A DNA stretch of 63,956 nt, filler included, from Chrysochromulina tobinii (GCA_001275005.1; 7 parts of 7 records of this genome joined end to end with filler, not necessarily neighbours in it); one strand, 5' to 3'; positions 10,301 to 19,824 are shown, counted from the first letter of the whole stretch. Program-made: numbers and translations. The notes: a model not told the origin generated them from the sequence alone.

Positions 10301-11616
10301 GCGCTTTCATCGCGCTCAACCTCTTCGTCGGTGCGATCGTCGAGACGTTCAACGCCATTTCCGCCGAGACGGGCGCGGGCTCGGCCATCATGACCGGTTC
10401 ACAGCTCCAGTGGGTGCAGACAATCAAGGTGGCTGTGCAGACGAAGCCCACCAAGGGCGTCGTGGCGCCCAGCGGCGGCTTGCGCCTGTGGGTCTTCAAC
10501 CTCGTCATGTCGATCAGCTTCGACGCCTTCATCATCGTCATCATCCTGCTCAACACCGTCTTGATGGCGTCCAAGTATTATCAGTTCGAAGAAGATGGGT
10601 GGCCGAAGACGTACTACGACTACGGCATGCGTTTCTTCACAACCGTCTACTACGTCGAGTGTGCGCTCAAGATGTTCGCCATGGGCCCCGGCGGCTACTT
10701 CTCCGTTGGCTGGAATCGTTTCGACTTCACGATTGTCTGCACCGCAGCCCTCGACGACCTGTCCGTCGACGTGTCCGCGTTCCTGCCCATCTCCCCCTTC
10801 CTTCTTCGCGTACTCCGTATTATCCGCATCGTGCGCATCCTGCGCATCCTCAAGGGAGTCAAGGGGCTCCGCGACCTCGTGACGACCGTCATCCTATCTG
10901 CCCCTCCTGTCTTCAACGTGTGCCAGCTCCTCGTCATCGTCATGTTCATCTTCTCCGTCCTGGGCATGTCCCTGTTCGGAAATATGGTCCTCCAGGACAA
11001 CGTCGAGTCTCACGCCAACTTCCAGACGGTGCCTAACGGCATGCTCCTCTTGCTGCAGACGGTCACCGGCGACGGCTGGACGCTGCTGCTCCAGGACACG
11101 AAGGTCCAAGAGTCGTCGGGCCTGTGCACGGAGGCGGAGGGCAACTGCGGCACGTGGGCCGCTATCCCCTACTTCGTTGCCTTCCAGCTCGTCGGCACCC
11201 TGGTCTTCCTCAACCTGATGATCGCCGTCATTCTCGACAACTTCACGTCGCTCTCGGAGCAAAACCCGGACCTCGTCTCGCCAACTGACGTCGACGGCTT
11301 CATGGACGCGTGGTCGGAGCTCGACCCCGAGGCGAGCAACACGCTCCCTTCGGCGCGCTTACCCGAGCTCATCATGAAGGTACCGCCGCCTCTCGGCGTC
11401 ATGGGCGATGGCGACGAGGCCGACGCCACTGCACTCGCCAAGAAGCTCAAGGTCGACGCCAAGGGTGGCGTCGTCAAGTTCGCCGACGTGCTCCTCGCCC
11501 TCTCCCTCAAACGCTACCTCGACAAGTCTGACCTGACTGAGTCGGAACTCATCAAGCTCGAGAAGGACGTGGAGCTGCAGCTCACCAAAGCGCCGGTCGA
11601 GGAGTTCACCGCGTAA
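7366..11616 (+). CDS. Four-domain voltage-gated cation channel (Cav/Nav superfamily alpha subunit), single exon
   Basis: Four 6TM repeats with S4 segments (LRALRAFRALRAMK, LRMLRLLRVARALRLMR, FRVLRALRPLRLIGR, LRVLRIIRIVRILRILK). Pore loops TTWDTW, FTGEW, TSGDLW, VTGDGW. C-terminal EF-hand-like FMDAWSELDP...PPPLG. First ATG at 7366. Confidence 0.96.
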   Translation: MPKKGEDAGRQKSARSSSPRSGRPTAPAALAPKGAAPAKAAPQTSAPVSKEATPVPRAAMKTVEPSPEADEPYVYPDGRTYPVDGVSLCCLKPNYFPRSWAIALINAPFFDSLVLLVITVNTCSMVWESPLDEEGTWKSGIIAVLEVIFLWVYTVEMFLKMLAYGVIGNKRAYMHDPWCVLDFIVVSCAWAPILLANVALPSMNSLRALRAFRALRAMKIIPGLKLIIDSMLDVIPKLGNVTALFIFVFVVFGTIGMELFEGLLHYRCAYAGFEPGVSDEADFDSEVACNPKAPASDFCGQGETCAYFESLPFYGMMSFDSVPLAMVTLLSATTWDTWETSMFCLMDITGNWWCLLYYLGIIILGGCFARNLFLAVLFEEFTQLGRVNVATEKMEKRAAELKGEIEVKEEKVVPTGFLADLANSSLLSGASILLVLVNMVLMCMPYYGMSDEYAANLELAGSYITYAFAFEMGIKLLGLGCGGYWSDGWNCLDGTIVLMSLSEILVTQVLSFLADGSVPQMSFLRMLRLLRVARALRLMRSWQGLYSVVATLLRVAPKISSLFCVTFVIMLVFTLAGMEFFGGIYTEDAGYSEVPCPGAVCPNPDLAEKPYYANFDYFYPGMLSVFILFTGEWVDSSLAAASVLGPKVLFYFIPCMCVGSFLVMNIFIGMVLSAFGEEDEEEEGEEKPAPEEPPAPAAPHSDLREEMPWPQEHSLCLFGPRNILRRACEGIVSNKVFEQFILLIILASSYSLAIDTPLLDPESATAALLTLSNYIFTAIFVSEMLLKIIAYGFAFTERAYLKDGWNQLDFFIVVVSVTVIAAEVLDIPALAPLTSFRVLRALRPLRLIGRIESMKVIVSTLIRSIPAVLNVGMVYFFIQSVFAILGMQLFAGTFAMCQEDPTIKGKHHCEDQGYLWANPPGNAFDDFGQASLTLFLQTSGDLWETEMFQAMAASAPGHIPVRNDFSPAALFSIAWMFFGAFIALNLFVGAIVETFNAISAETGAGSAIMTGSQLQWVQTIKVAVQTKPTKGVVAPSGGLRLWVFNLVMSISFDAFIIVIILLNTVLMASKYYQFEEDGWPKTYYDYGMRFFTTVYYVECALKMFAMGPGGYFSVGWNRFDFTIVCTAALDDLSVDVSAFLPISPFLLRVLRIIRIVRILRILKGVKGLRDLVTTVILSAPPVFNVCQLLVIVMFIFSVLGMSLFGNMVLQDNVESHANFQTVPNGMLLLLQTVTGDGWTLLLQDTKVQESSGLCTEAEGNCGTWAAIPYFVAFQLVGTLVFLNLMIAVILDNFTSLSEQNPDLVSPTDVDGFMDAWSELDPEASNTLPSARLPELIMKVPPPLGVMGDGDEADATALAKKLKVDAKGGVVKFADVLLALSLKRYLDKSDLTESELIKLEKDVELQLTKAPVEEFTA

Positions 11617-11780
11617 GAAGAAGGGGGTACAAGAGGGCTGTGGGTACGTGGCTATACAACAGGGGACGTGCCCGAGTGGTTTGGCGAGGGGACATTTGCC
11701 TGCCGACCGGGTTTTCGTTTTTTTGCTAGAGCGCAGTGGCCGTAGAGGCCGCGGGGTAATGAAAATGATGCATGTGATCG

Positions 11781-11954
11781 TCAAGTCAAGTCAAGTCAAG
11801 TCAAGTCTATACATAATACATAAACAACAGACAACCATGCAGTATTAATGCATATACGGTCCAGCCTATCGAATGTGCTCCGGAAGCCAGCAGGGGAGGA
11901 CGGGAGTCGATGGAGATGGCGGAGGGGGATCCATCTAGACTTGACTTGACTTGA
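11781..11954. repeat. Inverted (TCAAG)n arrays bounding a 174-bp segment
   Basis: (TCAAG)5-TCTA at 11781-11809 and TAGA-(CTTGA)3 at 11936-11954: 19-bp perfect inverted match. Confidence 0.85.
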
Positions 11955-12085
11955 GCGTGAATCTTGGACTCACTTCACACCCCTTCGAAACTCTTTCACA
12001 GCCAATGTTTAGAATTCGACACCCAAGACACCGGACCGGCGTACATACGGATGCGGTTAACACTAGCTTTCACACGGCGCACAAA

Positions 12086-13657
12086 ATGCTGCATGCTCGC
12101 GGCTCGGGCTCTTGGCTCGAGCTCGAGGACACGAATGTCGAAACCAAAGTTCGTACGGTGACCCCATGGTTGCAGTTGACCTTCGTGTGGTTGGTCTTTG
12201 TTGTCACGGCTGGCGTGTACCAGGTGCCTGCTACATTGCTCGGCGGCCACTGTGCCGATTCGACAGCGCCGTGCTCAATAGCCGATGAACTTGGTCTGTC
12301 CCCAGCACTGCAAGGCTGGCTGCCAGCGTCTTTCCTTCTGTGCAAAGGCCTCTTGGCGCTGCCTGCAGGCGTGGCGCTGCACGCCTATGGTCCTCGGCGC
12401 TGCCTGGTGCTCGGCATTGCCATGCTTGCCATCTCGACGGCCCTGTTCGCCGTCGCCCGCTCTTTTTACATGCTCCTGCTCCTTTATGTCGCCTTTGGCA
12501 TTTCTTACTCGCTGTCGGGCCTAGTTCCTCTTGTGGTGTTCGTGAATGGCTGGTTTTCCGCGCAGCAGAAGGCCACCTCGATCGGCCTCCTCGTCACAGC
12601 CTTTTCCGCAGCCGGCGTTTTTTGGCCGACCCTCACCGCATGGATAGCAGAGCGGCACGGCTGGCGCCAGGCCGCGGCGCTCCTGCCCTGTGCCGCAGTT
12701 GCGTTCGCGCTGCCGATAGCTCTATTCCTATTGCGGGACGGACGGGTAGCGGCCGTTGACGATGCGACGATAGAGCTCAATGCATGCAGCTCAATCGCTC
12801 ACCCAATGCATGCAGCTGTGGAATCGGGCACTGAGCTCAATGCATGCAGCTCAATCGCGAGCTCAATGCATGCAGCTGTGGAATCGGGCACTGCAGAGGT
12901 GAGCCGCGCTCACCATGGCGCCTCCATGCATGCAGCTGTGGAATCGGGCACTGCAGAGGTGAGCCGCGCTCACCATGGCGCCGTGCGCTGCGCCCGTGGT
13001 GGCTTCCATCGAGGAGCCGACTGCTTGCCCGCATGGGTGTGCGACCCAGTACTGTGGCATCTGGCGGCCATGTCCTTCGAGATCCTTTACATCATCAACG
13101 CGGTCCAGGCTCTGCTCATCCTGTTTCTCTGCAGCGAGGAGGTGGGGATGACGCTCACGAGTGCGGGCATGTACAGCAGCCTGATCTTCGCGCTCAGCCT
13201 CGTGGCCAAGATCGCCTTTGGGCCGGCGCTCGATCGGAGCTCCACTCGCCGCCCTGCTGCCCTATTCGGCTGCTCGCTCCTCGCTCTTGGCTGCGGGCTC
13301 ACGCTTCGCGTGCAGCGCGCACCGGGCGGGGGTCCCTTCGAGGTGCTCACCGCCAGCTCGCACCCGCAGCTGGTGGCCTTCAGCGTGTGCTTTGGTCTCG
13401 GATACGGCTCCAGCTTCACGCTCGTGCAGTCGCGCGCGGCCGCTCTCTACGGTCAGCTGGAGGGCTTCAGCAAGCTGCAGAGCACGCTCGCGGTCGCGCA
13501 GTATGCGGGCTCGTTTCTGGGTGTCCTCGTGACAGCGCAGCTGCGGCAGTCGACGGGCTCTTTTGTCCAGCCGTTTGGCATCCTCACACTCTTGGGGATG
13601 CTCTCGTGCGTGCACTGCTGGTTTGTGTGTTCTCCTGGAGGGCCGCGAGGACTATAG
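12086..13657 (+). CDS. Major facilitator superfamily transporter (about 12 TM)
   Basis: Two hydrophobic helix bundles, MFS-like AGVALHAYGPRR and FGPALDR motifs, central hydrophilic loop. Start uncertain (ATG 12005 or 12086). Confidence 0.85.
   Translation: MLHARGSGSWLELEDTNVETKVRTVTPWLQLTFVWLVFVVTAGVYQVPATLLGGHCADSTAPCSIADELGLSPALQGWLPASFLLCKGLLALPAGVALHAYGPRRCLVLGIAMLAISTALFAVARSFYMLLLLYVAFGISYSLSGLVPLVVFVNGWFSAQQKATSIGLLVTAFSAAGVFWPTLTAWIAERHGWRQAAALLPCAAVAFALPIALFLLRDGRVAAVDDATIELNACSSIAHPMHAAVESGTELNACSSIASSMHAAVESGTAEVSRAHHGASMHAAVESGTAEVSRAHHGAVRCARGGFHRGADCLPAWVCDPVLWHLAAMSFEILYIINAVQALLILFLCSEEVGMTLTSAGMYSSLIFALSLVAKIAFGPALDRSSTRRPAALFGCSLLALGCGLTLRVQRAPGGGPFEVLTASSHPQLVAFSVCFGLGYGSSFTLVQSRAAALYGQLEGFSKLQSTLAVAQYAGSFLGVLVTAQLRQSTGSFVQPFGILTLLGMLSCVHCWFVCSPGGPRGL
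12773..12982. repeat. Overlapping 60-bp in-frame tandem duplications in MFS central loop
   Basis: ELNACSSIA x2, MHAAVESGT x3, AEVSRAHHGA x2; 60-nt period visible in DNA. Confidence 0.9.
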
Positions 13658-13781
13658 TTGATAGCTGGACCGGGCTCTGCGGTAGACCCTTCGGTGTTCG
13701 GATCCGCACCTGCACCGTGACATTACTTTAAGTGCTTCGACGAACGACGTTCGAGTCTCGCCTTGGGTGTGTTCTCACAAC

Positions 13782-14285
13782 TCACGTGAAGCCGATACCA
13801 AGCTCGTAATACGAGCTTCCACTTACGATCACCTTCCCGGCGTCCTGCAGTGCGCGCATCTTCGGCCGGAATTCTTTGAACGCGATTGACTTGCGATGGG
13901 CACCGAGGTAGTCTTCCTTCGACCGATATCTCTCAAGGATGACGTAAGAGAGGTTATCCTTGTCGCTCTGGGCCGCCTCGTAGGCGTAAAGAAACGGCTC
14001 GTTGTTGAGGCAGTATGATGCGGCAACCGACCACGCAGCGAGTAGAGATTTTGCAGACACGTCGTCACTGAAGCGCAGACCAACGATGAGCATGAACGCT
14101 TTTTCGCCGACAGCCTTGGAGTGGCCCGTTGAGGTCTGTGGTCCAGCCGAGAGGTGCACGGCGCCCAAGGTGAACAGCGAAGACAATATGGCCACCGCAG
14201 CGAGCTTGTAAAAATGCGTTTTTGGATTCGGTTCCTTTGCAGCGGCCCAGGGCTCCTCGAGACTCCAAACGAGTGGCTTCGGCAT
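13782..14285 (-). CDS. ABM (antibiotic biosynthesis monooxygenase)-like dimeric alpha/beta barrel protein with N-terminal TM helix
   Basis: NEPFLYAYE...YVILERYRSKEDYLGAHRKSIAFKEFR pattern; hydrophobic LAAVAILSSLFTLGAV; probable ATG 14285. Confidence 0.75.
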   Translation of the reverse strand: MPKPLVWSLEEPWAAAKEPNPKTHFYKLAAVAILSSLFTLGAVHLSAGPQTSTGHSKAVGEKAFMLIVGLRFSDDVSAKSLLAAWSVAASYCLNNEPFLYAYEAAQSDKDNLSYVILERYRSKEDYLGAHRKSIAFKEFRPKMRALQDAGKVIVSGSSYYELGIGFT

Positions 14286-14871
14286 GTTACCGGTAGAAGT
14301 TTCGGTCGCGGTTCTAGTAAAATGACATCGGGGGAGACACACTGCGAGCGGTAGGGGGGTCATTCTCCCGGTGAGGGTCCGTTAACCTGCTTACGGAACA
14401 TTCCTAGAGACCGGTAAGTGAGCTCCGTCGAGATACCGGCGGATCCCTGGGAGATCCGAGAGNNNNNNNNNNNNNNNNNNNNNNNNNNNNNNNNNNNNNN
14501 NNNNNNTTAATTAATTAANNNNNNNNNNNNNNNNNNNNNNNNNNNNNNNNNNNNNNNNNNNNCGCCGCCGCCACCGCCGCCGGCCGCGCCGCCTGCCGAG
14601 CCGCCTGCCACCGCGGGCCGCCACGCCGCCTGCAGGCCATCTGCTGCCCCCCCGGCCGTCGCCGCCCCGCCGCTGCCGTCGACACAGTTTTAACATGAGA
14701 AGCCCCGTGACATCAGCATAGGTAAATGCTGTCTTGCAAAGAGCATGCATCTAGGACTTCTCCAAAAGCGGTCGGGATGCTGCTTTGACCTCTTTTACTC
14801 CGAAACGTGCCGGCACCGGCATTCAATCGTAATTTTTCTATTGCGCTGCCGAGTCACGTGTGTGTCTTTCC

Positions 14872-15714
14872 ATGGGCCAAAGCCAATCCCTAGACTTCTG
14901 CTGCACGACCCGCAAGAACAACGAAGCTACGGTCAAGGACATCGCATGTGCCAAAGCCGCTGCCGCGGAGGCCCGCGACAATGCTAAGGCAGAATGCCTC
15001 GTGCCGGTCACAGATGGAAACACCTTCTCCCCCATCAAGGAAGCCTCGCCATTCGAATCAGTTCATGAGCTCCTGGTCGGACCTCGTAAAGCCACGACCA
15101 CGCCGCTGACCGGGTCGCCGGATTCTGTCGGAGGAGACACGTTCAAGGGGCTGCCGCCAGGCAACTATGATGACATGTCGGAGGAGGACAAGGTTGAGGC
15201 GTTTCGTGCGTGTGTGCCCTCGCGCTCGCTCGAAGAGCTGCGCACGATCCTTGGCGACCACGGCGGCGACATCTGCAAGGCGTACGCGGCCATCTACCCG
15301 GCGGGGACGCCACGTAGCTCGTTGAGCCCAAGCAGGCCAAACAGCTCAGCCGCACCCGCCGCCGCGCCCGCCACCGCAGCTGAGTCGGCCCCCTTCAACT
15401 CGTTGCGCGAGAGCCCGGTTGCCTTCAACGTTTTCGAGGCCTCCAGTTCGAGCGCCGTGGCCGCGCCCACGCCTGCGGACAAGGTGGAGAAGAAGCCCAA
15501 GGAGGAGAAGAAGCCCAAGGAGGAGAAGAAGCCCAAGGAGGAGAAGAAGCCCAAGGAGGAGAAGAAGGCCAAGGAGAAGAAGGCCAAGGAGGAGAAGAAG
15601 CCCGAGGAGGAGAAGAACAGAAAGCCAAACGAGGAGATGCCGGAAGAGGAGAAGCCCAAAGAGGACGAGAAGAAAAAGGAGGAGCCAATATTCCTAGAGA
15701 CCACCGATATCTGA
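14872..15714 (+). CDS. Putative myristoylated/palmitoylated protein with CUE/UBA-like domain and KKPKEE repeat tail
   Basis: Starts MGQSQSLDFCC; DKVEAFRACVPSRSLEELRTILGDHGGDICKAYAAI resembles CUE; 18-bp AAGAAGCCCAAGGAGGAG repeats at about 15484-15615. Confidence 0.7.
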   Translation: MGQSQSLDFCCTTRKNNEATVKDIACAKAAAAEARDNAKAECLVPVTDGNTFSPIKEASPFESVHELLVGPRKATTTPLTGSPDSVGGDTFKGLPPGNYDDMSEEDKVEAFRACVPSRSLEELRTILGDHGGDICKAYAAIYPAGTPRSSLSPSRPNSSAAPAAAPATAAESAPFNSLRESPVAFNVFEASSSSAVAAPTPADKVEKKPKEEKKPKEEKKPKEEKKPKEEKKAKEKKAKEEKKPEEEKNRKPNEEMPEEEKPKEDEKKKEEPIFLETTDI

Positions 15715-15772
15715 GAGAGGAGAAGGCGGTCCCACCGTCGCCGCCTTGCCGCGGCACTGCAACGAGTTACGA

Positions 15773-15869
15773 TGCGACAGCAGCGACAGCAGCGACAGCA
15801 GCGACACAGCGACAGCAGCGACAGCAGCGACAGCAGCACAGCAGCGACAGCAGCAGCAGCGGCAGCGGC
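15773..15869. repeat. (GCGACAGCA)n / (GCA)n low-complexity array
   Basis: Directly visible 9-bp and 3-bp periodicity downstream of stop 15714. Confidence 0.9.
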
Positions 15870-16316
15870 ATCGCCGGCGACTGCAGCAAGGCAGAGGCCT
15901 GACCTCGTACTAGGTTCAATGCCTACATCGTTCAACCTGCCTACATCGTGTTCGCCATGCCTATCTTCATTGTATCCGGTAGACAAGACGGTCCGCCTGT
16001 CGCTGTGGGTGAGACACTGAATCAGCATGAATCAGAGGATGTTGCCATCGTCGTGTGAGATATGTGATAAAAATATGTGAACCGCAGAGGGTGCAGGGTG
16101 GCATCTTCGTACTTCGAACCTTAGCCGTGCGTGTCTGGGTGACCCTCTATTGAATATGAATATTGAATTGAATTTACAACTCATGTTACAACTCTTTACT
16201 CTTTCGTCTTTCGTATCTCAACGCACCGTTTGGCGTTTGGCGTTAGAAGCGTTAGATCTTCACAAAAGCCCCGTTGGCTACATGTACCGTGGCGGGGGGC
16301 GTGGCGGGGGCCGTGC

Positions 16317-17933
16317 ATGGCTTTTCGGACGCAAGTCGGACTTTGGGTCTTTCCCGGTACGCTCCCAAAGCGAGCCAAAGACTGTTTCGCCGCGGCGCGT
16401 AACGCATTTTTCCTGCCTTGGGAGGGAAGAGCCAGGCCCAAGCCCCAGCCCAAGGAGCCGACGAAGCAGCGCTCGCGCAGCGACCGCTCCTCCACGGAAT
16501 CGGATCGCTCGTTCCAATCGGACGCCTCGCCGGTGAGCACGATGGCGCAGATGGAGGACTGGTTGCCTCGCAAATCAGTCCATGGATCTCCACGGGGCAT
16601 GGCACTCGCCTCGCCCAATGCTGCCTCGCATGCCTCGCGTCAGCGCGCAGTCGAGTATGCTGCATGCCTCCCACAACGCCAGCTAAACCTGAGATTCGAC
16701 CCAGGGTGTGCGCACAGCCTTCCGGTCTCGACCTTTGCAAGCGAGGATGAAGCCTACGAAATCAAGTCTATGCCTCCTACCATGGCTAACATTCCGACAC
16801 CCGAGCCACCCTCACCTTCGCAGCAGCAGCCGGGAGCGGCCGTGCCCCAGAGTTTCGTCTCCTCGGCCCGCGAGGATGCCGAGGTGATGCTGCGCGCTGC
16901 ACGTGAGTTTGAGGCGTGCATGAAGGCCGCACGGGACCATGCCCAGGAGGCGGCGATGCATGCGAGCGTGGCGATGCAGCTTCGGTCCTCCGCCAGTGAG
17001 CCCTCACTGCGCGGCGCGCGCAGGCCCACGCTAGAGGTTACAGTGGAGGCACCTGTGGAGACGGAAGCCGCAACGCTGGCATACGAAGCTCCGCCCGCCA
17101 CGGCGCCCCGGCCAGCCTCCGAGGTGTCGCTGCGAGTCTCGCCGCGTGCCTCGCCGCGGACCACGCCTACTACCAACGCCGCCGCTGCACAAGTCATGCA
17201 GGAGCTCAGTCTCAAGCTGCAGCAGGCCAAACAGGCGGAGGCGGCGGCCACCGCCGCCATGGATGCCGCGCGGGCGTCCGAGCTTAAGGCCATCACGGAG
17301 CGGCTCACGGCGGTTCACAGTGCTCAACACAGCGCCACGCCCGCTGCAGCAGCCATGCAGGCTATTCAGGTCAAGGTGCCTGCAGGCGTGGCCCCCGGTG
17401 GCACCTTCCTCGTCATGCTCCCTAACGGATCGCAGATGCAGGTGACGGCGCCACCGGGCGCCATGCCGGGTCAGACCCTCATCGGCACCACGACCCCTAG
17501 GCGCGCCGCCACTGCGGTCGCCGCCTCCCCTGCCTCCCCTAGGCCATCGCCAGCAATACTGCCAGCCAACATGCTCCAGTCTCCTAATATGGCCAGGGGC
17601 TCGGGCAAAGTGCGCCCACCACCCTCGCCTCCGCGCCAACGGCCCGCCGTGAACACGTGGCCCGCGGCGCATCCGATGCGGCTCGCGCACGCGTACCACT
17701 ACAAGTGCCAGCCGAAGGCCGCGTACCGCTCTTCATCGGACCGCTTCGGCCACTTTCTGGAGCATGCCATGCTAGGGGCGACCCAGGCCGAGAACCCGGG
17801 CACGGACCGGCTCAATGGCGAAAGGCTCACCATCGCCCCGGGCAGCTATGCGCCGCAGTGCACGAGCCGCGGTGACCAACACACAGTCGCCGCCGCGGCG
17901 ATCGCAATGTGGAACCTTCCGTGCCTGATGTGA
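16317..17933 (+). CDS. Hypothetical protein, largely disordered, with a short VP-x-G-xx-PG beta-rich module
   Basis: Long ORF with Ala/Pro/Ser-rich composition; IQVKVPAGVAPGGTFLVMLPNGSQMQVTAPPGAMPGQTL. Start uncertain. Confidence 0.65.
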   Translation: MAFRTQVGLWVFPGTLPKRAKDCFAAARNAFFLPWEGRARPKPQPKEPTKQRSRSDRSSTESDRSFQSDASPVSTMAQMEDWLPRKSVHGSPRGMALASPNAASHASRQRAVEYAACLPQRQLNLRFDPGCAHSLPVSTFASEDEAYEIKSMPPTMANIPTPEPPSPSQQQPGAAVPQSFVSSAREDAEVMLRAAREFEACMKAARDHAQEAAMHASVAMQLRSSASEPSLRGARRPTLEVTVEAPVETEAATLAYEAPPATAPRPASEVSLRVSPRASPRTTPTTNAAAAQVMQELSLKLQQAKQAEAAATAAMDAARASELKAITERLTAVHSAQHSATPAAAAMQAIQVKVPAGVAPGGTFLVMLPNGSQMQVTAPPGAMPGQTLIGTTTPRRAATAVAASPASPRPSPAILPANMLQSPNMARGSGKVRPPPSPPRQRPAVNTWPAAHPMRLAHAYHYKCQPKAAYRSSSDRFGHFLEHAMLGATQAENPGTDRLNGERLTIAPGSYAPQCTSRGDQHTVAAAAIAMWNLPCLM

Positions 17934-18651
17934 TCGCGACGGCAAGCAGGGTCACCGCCCACGCTGCTGCGAGCGTTGAGGCTGGTGCTCCGAGAACCGA
18001 GATCATCAGTCATGCATATGCAGGCCGCCGCCTGCCCTCAAAAGTGTTGTCGAAACCGCCTCTGCGAGGGTTCAGAACCGTGTGCGCTCGCCGTGATGGC
18101 GTGCGCGTGGGCGTGTGTCGGTCGTGGAGGACGGTTCAGGTGTGTGCCCCTCAGAGTGTCAGCCAGTCCTCTGATCCCATTCGTTCGCCAGAGTTGCAGA
18201 GATGCCAGTGGAGTGCCTGGATACGTTGATCATGTATGCGTTGACAGTGCGGCTGTGTGATTTCGTCGATCGGATGTGTTGGTCGTGTGTATGTCTTGGA
18301 GTCCGTGGGAAAGAGAACTGCCTGCATGTGATGCGCTGATGCCGTTGCTTGTTATTGAGTAACACGACACCGGGACACGACCCACACGAGAGAACGAGTT
18401 CACTCAGTACTTGTGTTGACCGAGGGGTTGAGACGGGGTATTTCCGCCGGGAGCTTTTTGCGCCATGGCGAGCCACGCTGCCAGGGTTGAAACCTCATCC
18501 CAGGTCGGGCATGAATTGGAAGTGTTGGAATTATCCAACTGCTGCTGCAACACAACACAACGCGCGCACACACTCCGGACCCCCAAGCACGTGAAATCTT
18601 CTCGGTTTTTCACAGTCGCGTTTCGTTGTTGCCTGATTCTATAAAAGGAAC

Positions 18652-19824
18652 ATGGCGGAACATGCTGGCGACGCAAATACGGCGGCAATCGCCGCGGCGG
18701 ACGCCATCGAGCCGCTTGTGGCGGACGCCATGGGGCCGCTTGTGGCGCTCGTGCGCGACGGCGACGCTCAAGGCAAGGCCTGCGCAGCCGGCGCCTTGGC
18801 GAATCTGGCGGCCGGCAACGAAAACATCGGTGCCATCATCGCCGCGGTAATCGTGGCGGCGGGCGCCATCGAGCCGCTCGCGGCGCTCGTGCGCGACGGC
18901 GACGCTCGTGGCAAGGCGGACGCAGCCAGCGTCTTGGCGGCTCTGGCAGTCGGCGACGCTGCAAACACGGCAGCCATCGCCGCGGCGGGCGCCATCGAGC
19001 CGCTCGTGGCGCTCGTGCGCGACGGCGACGCTCTAGGCAAGGCGGACGCAGCCTTAACATTGGCGAAGCTGGCGAAGCTGGCGAACGGCGACAATAACGG
19101 CAGGTCGGCAGCGGACGAGGTCAGGGCGGCCGCAGCGACCGAGGGTCTGCCGTCATCGAGCAGCAGAGCGTACGCCTGCGACCACGAGGGCTGCGGCAAG
19201 CGCTTCACGCAATCGAGCGACCTCACGAGGCACAAGCACACGCACACGGGCGAGCAGCCGTACGCCTGCGACCACGAGGGCTGTGGCAAGCGCTTCACGC
19301 AATCGAGCCACCTCACGAGGCACAAGCACACGCACACGCCGGGCGAGCAGCCGTACGCCTGCGAGCACGAGGGCTGCGGCAAGCGCTTCGCCGAGGCAAG
19401 CAAGCTCACGAGGCACAAGCACACGCACACGGGCGAGCAGCCGTACGCCTGCGAGCACGAGGGCTGCGGCAAGCGCTTCACGCAATCGAGCCACCTCACG
19501 GCGCACAAGCACACGCACACGGACGAGAAGCCGTACGCCTGCGACCACGAGGGCTGCGGCAAGCGCTTCACGCAATCGAGCGACCTCACGAGGCACAAGC
19601 ACACGCACACGGACGAGAAGCCGTACGCCTGCGAGCACGAGGGCTGCGGCAAGCGCTTCGCGCAATCGAGCCAACTCACGAGGCACGAGCACACGCACAC
19701 GGACGAGAAGCCGTACGCCTGCGAGCACGAGGGCTGCGGCAAGCGCTTCGCCGAGGCAAGCAAGCTCACGAGGCACAAGCACACGCACACGGACGAGATG
19801 TTTTACGCCTGCGACTGTCCGTAA
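18652..19824 (+). CDS. Armadillo-repeat + 7x C2H2 zinc-finger protein
   Basis: Three to four ARM repeats ([17 protein letters not shown]...AAGALANLA), then seven C-x4-C-x12-H-x3-H fingers with TGEQP/TDEKP linkers. Confidence 0.88.
   Translation: MAEHAGDANTAAIAAADAIEPLVADAMGPLVALVRDGDAQGKACAAGALANLAAGNENIGAIIAAVIVAAGAIEPLAALVRDGDARGKADAASVLAALAVGDAANTAAIAAAGAIEPLVALVRDGDALGKADAALTLAKLAKLANGDNNGRSAADEVRAAAATEGLPSSSSRAYACDHEGCGKRFTQSSDLTRHKHTHTGEQPYACDHEGCGKRFTQSSHLTRHKHTHTPGEQPYACEHEGCGKRFAEASKLTRHKHTHTGEQPYACEHEGCGKRFTQSSHLTAHKHTHTDEKPYACDHEGCGKRFTQSSDLTRHKHTHTDEKPYACEHEGCGKRFAQSSQLTRHEHTHTDEKPYACEHEGCGKRFAEASKLTRHKHTHTDEMFYACDCP
19171..19815 (+). repeat. 90-bp minisatellite encoding the zinc-finger array
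   Basis: Units start at 19171, 19261, 19354, 19444, 19534, 19624, 19714, with a truncated unit at 19804; near-identical DNA. Confidence 0.97.

Noticed and set aside
18345..18650. Possible LTR or promoter upstream of the ARM-ZF gene (GTTGGA-ATTA-TCCAAC hairpin, TATAAAA at 18640)
   Set aside because: No second LTR copy, PBS or PPT in the window, and the TATA-like motif is too close to the ATG to support.
19171..19815. Regular repeats (also 59690-60150 and 48252-48395) as CRISPR arrays
   Set aside because: They are contiguous tandem units without unique spacers; they encode zinc fingers or LRRs, or are intron filler.
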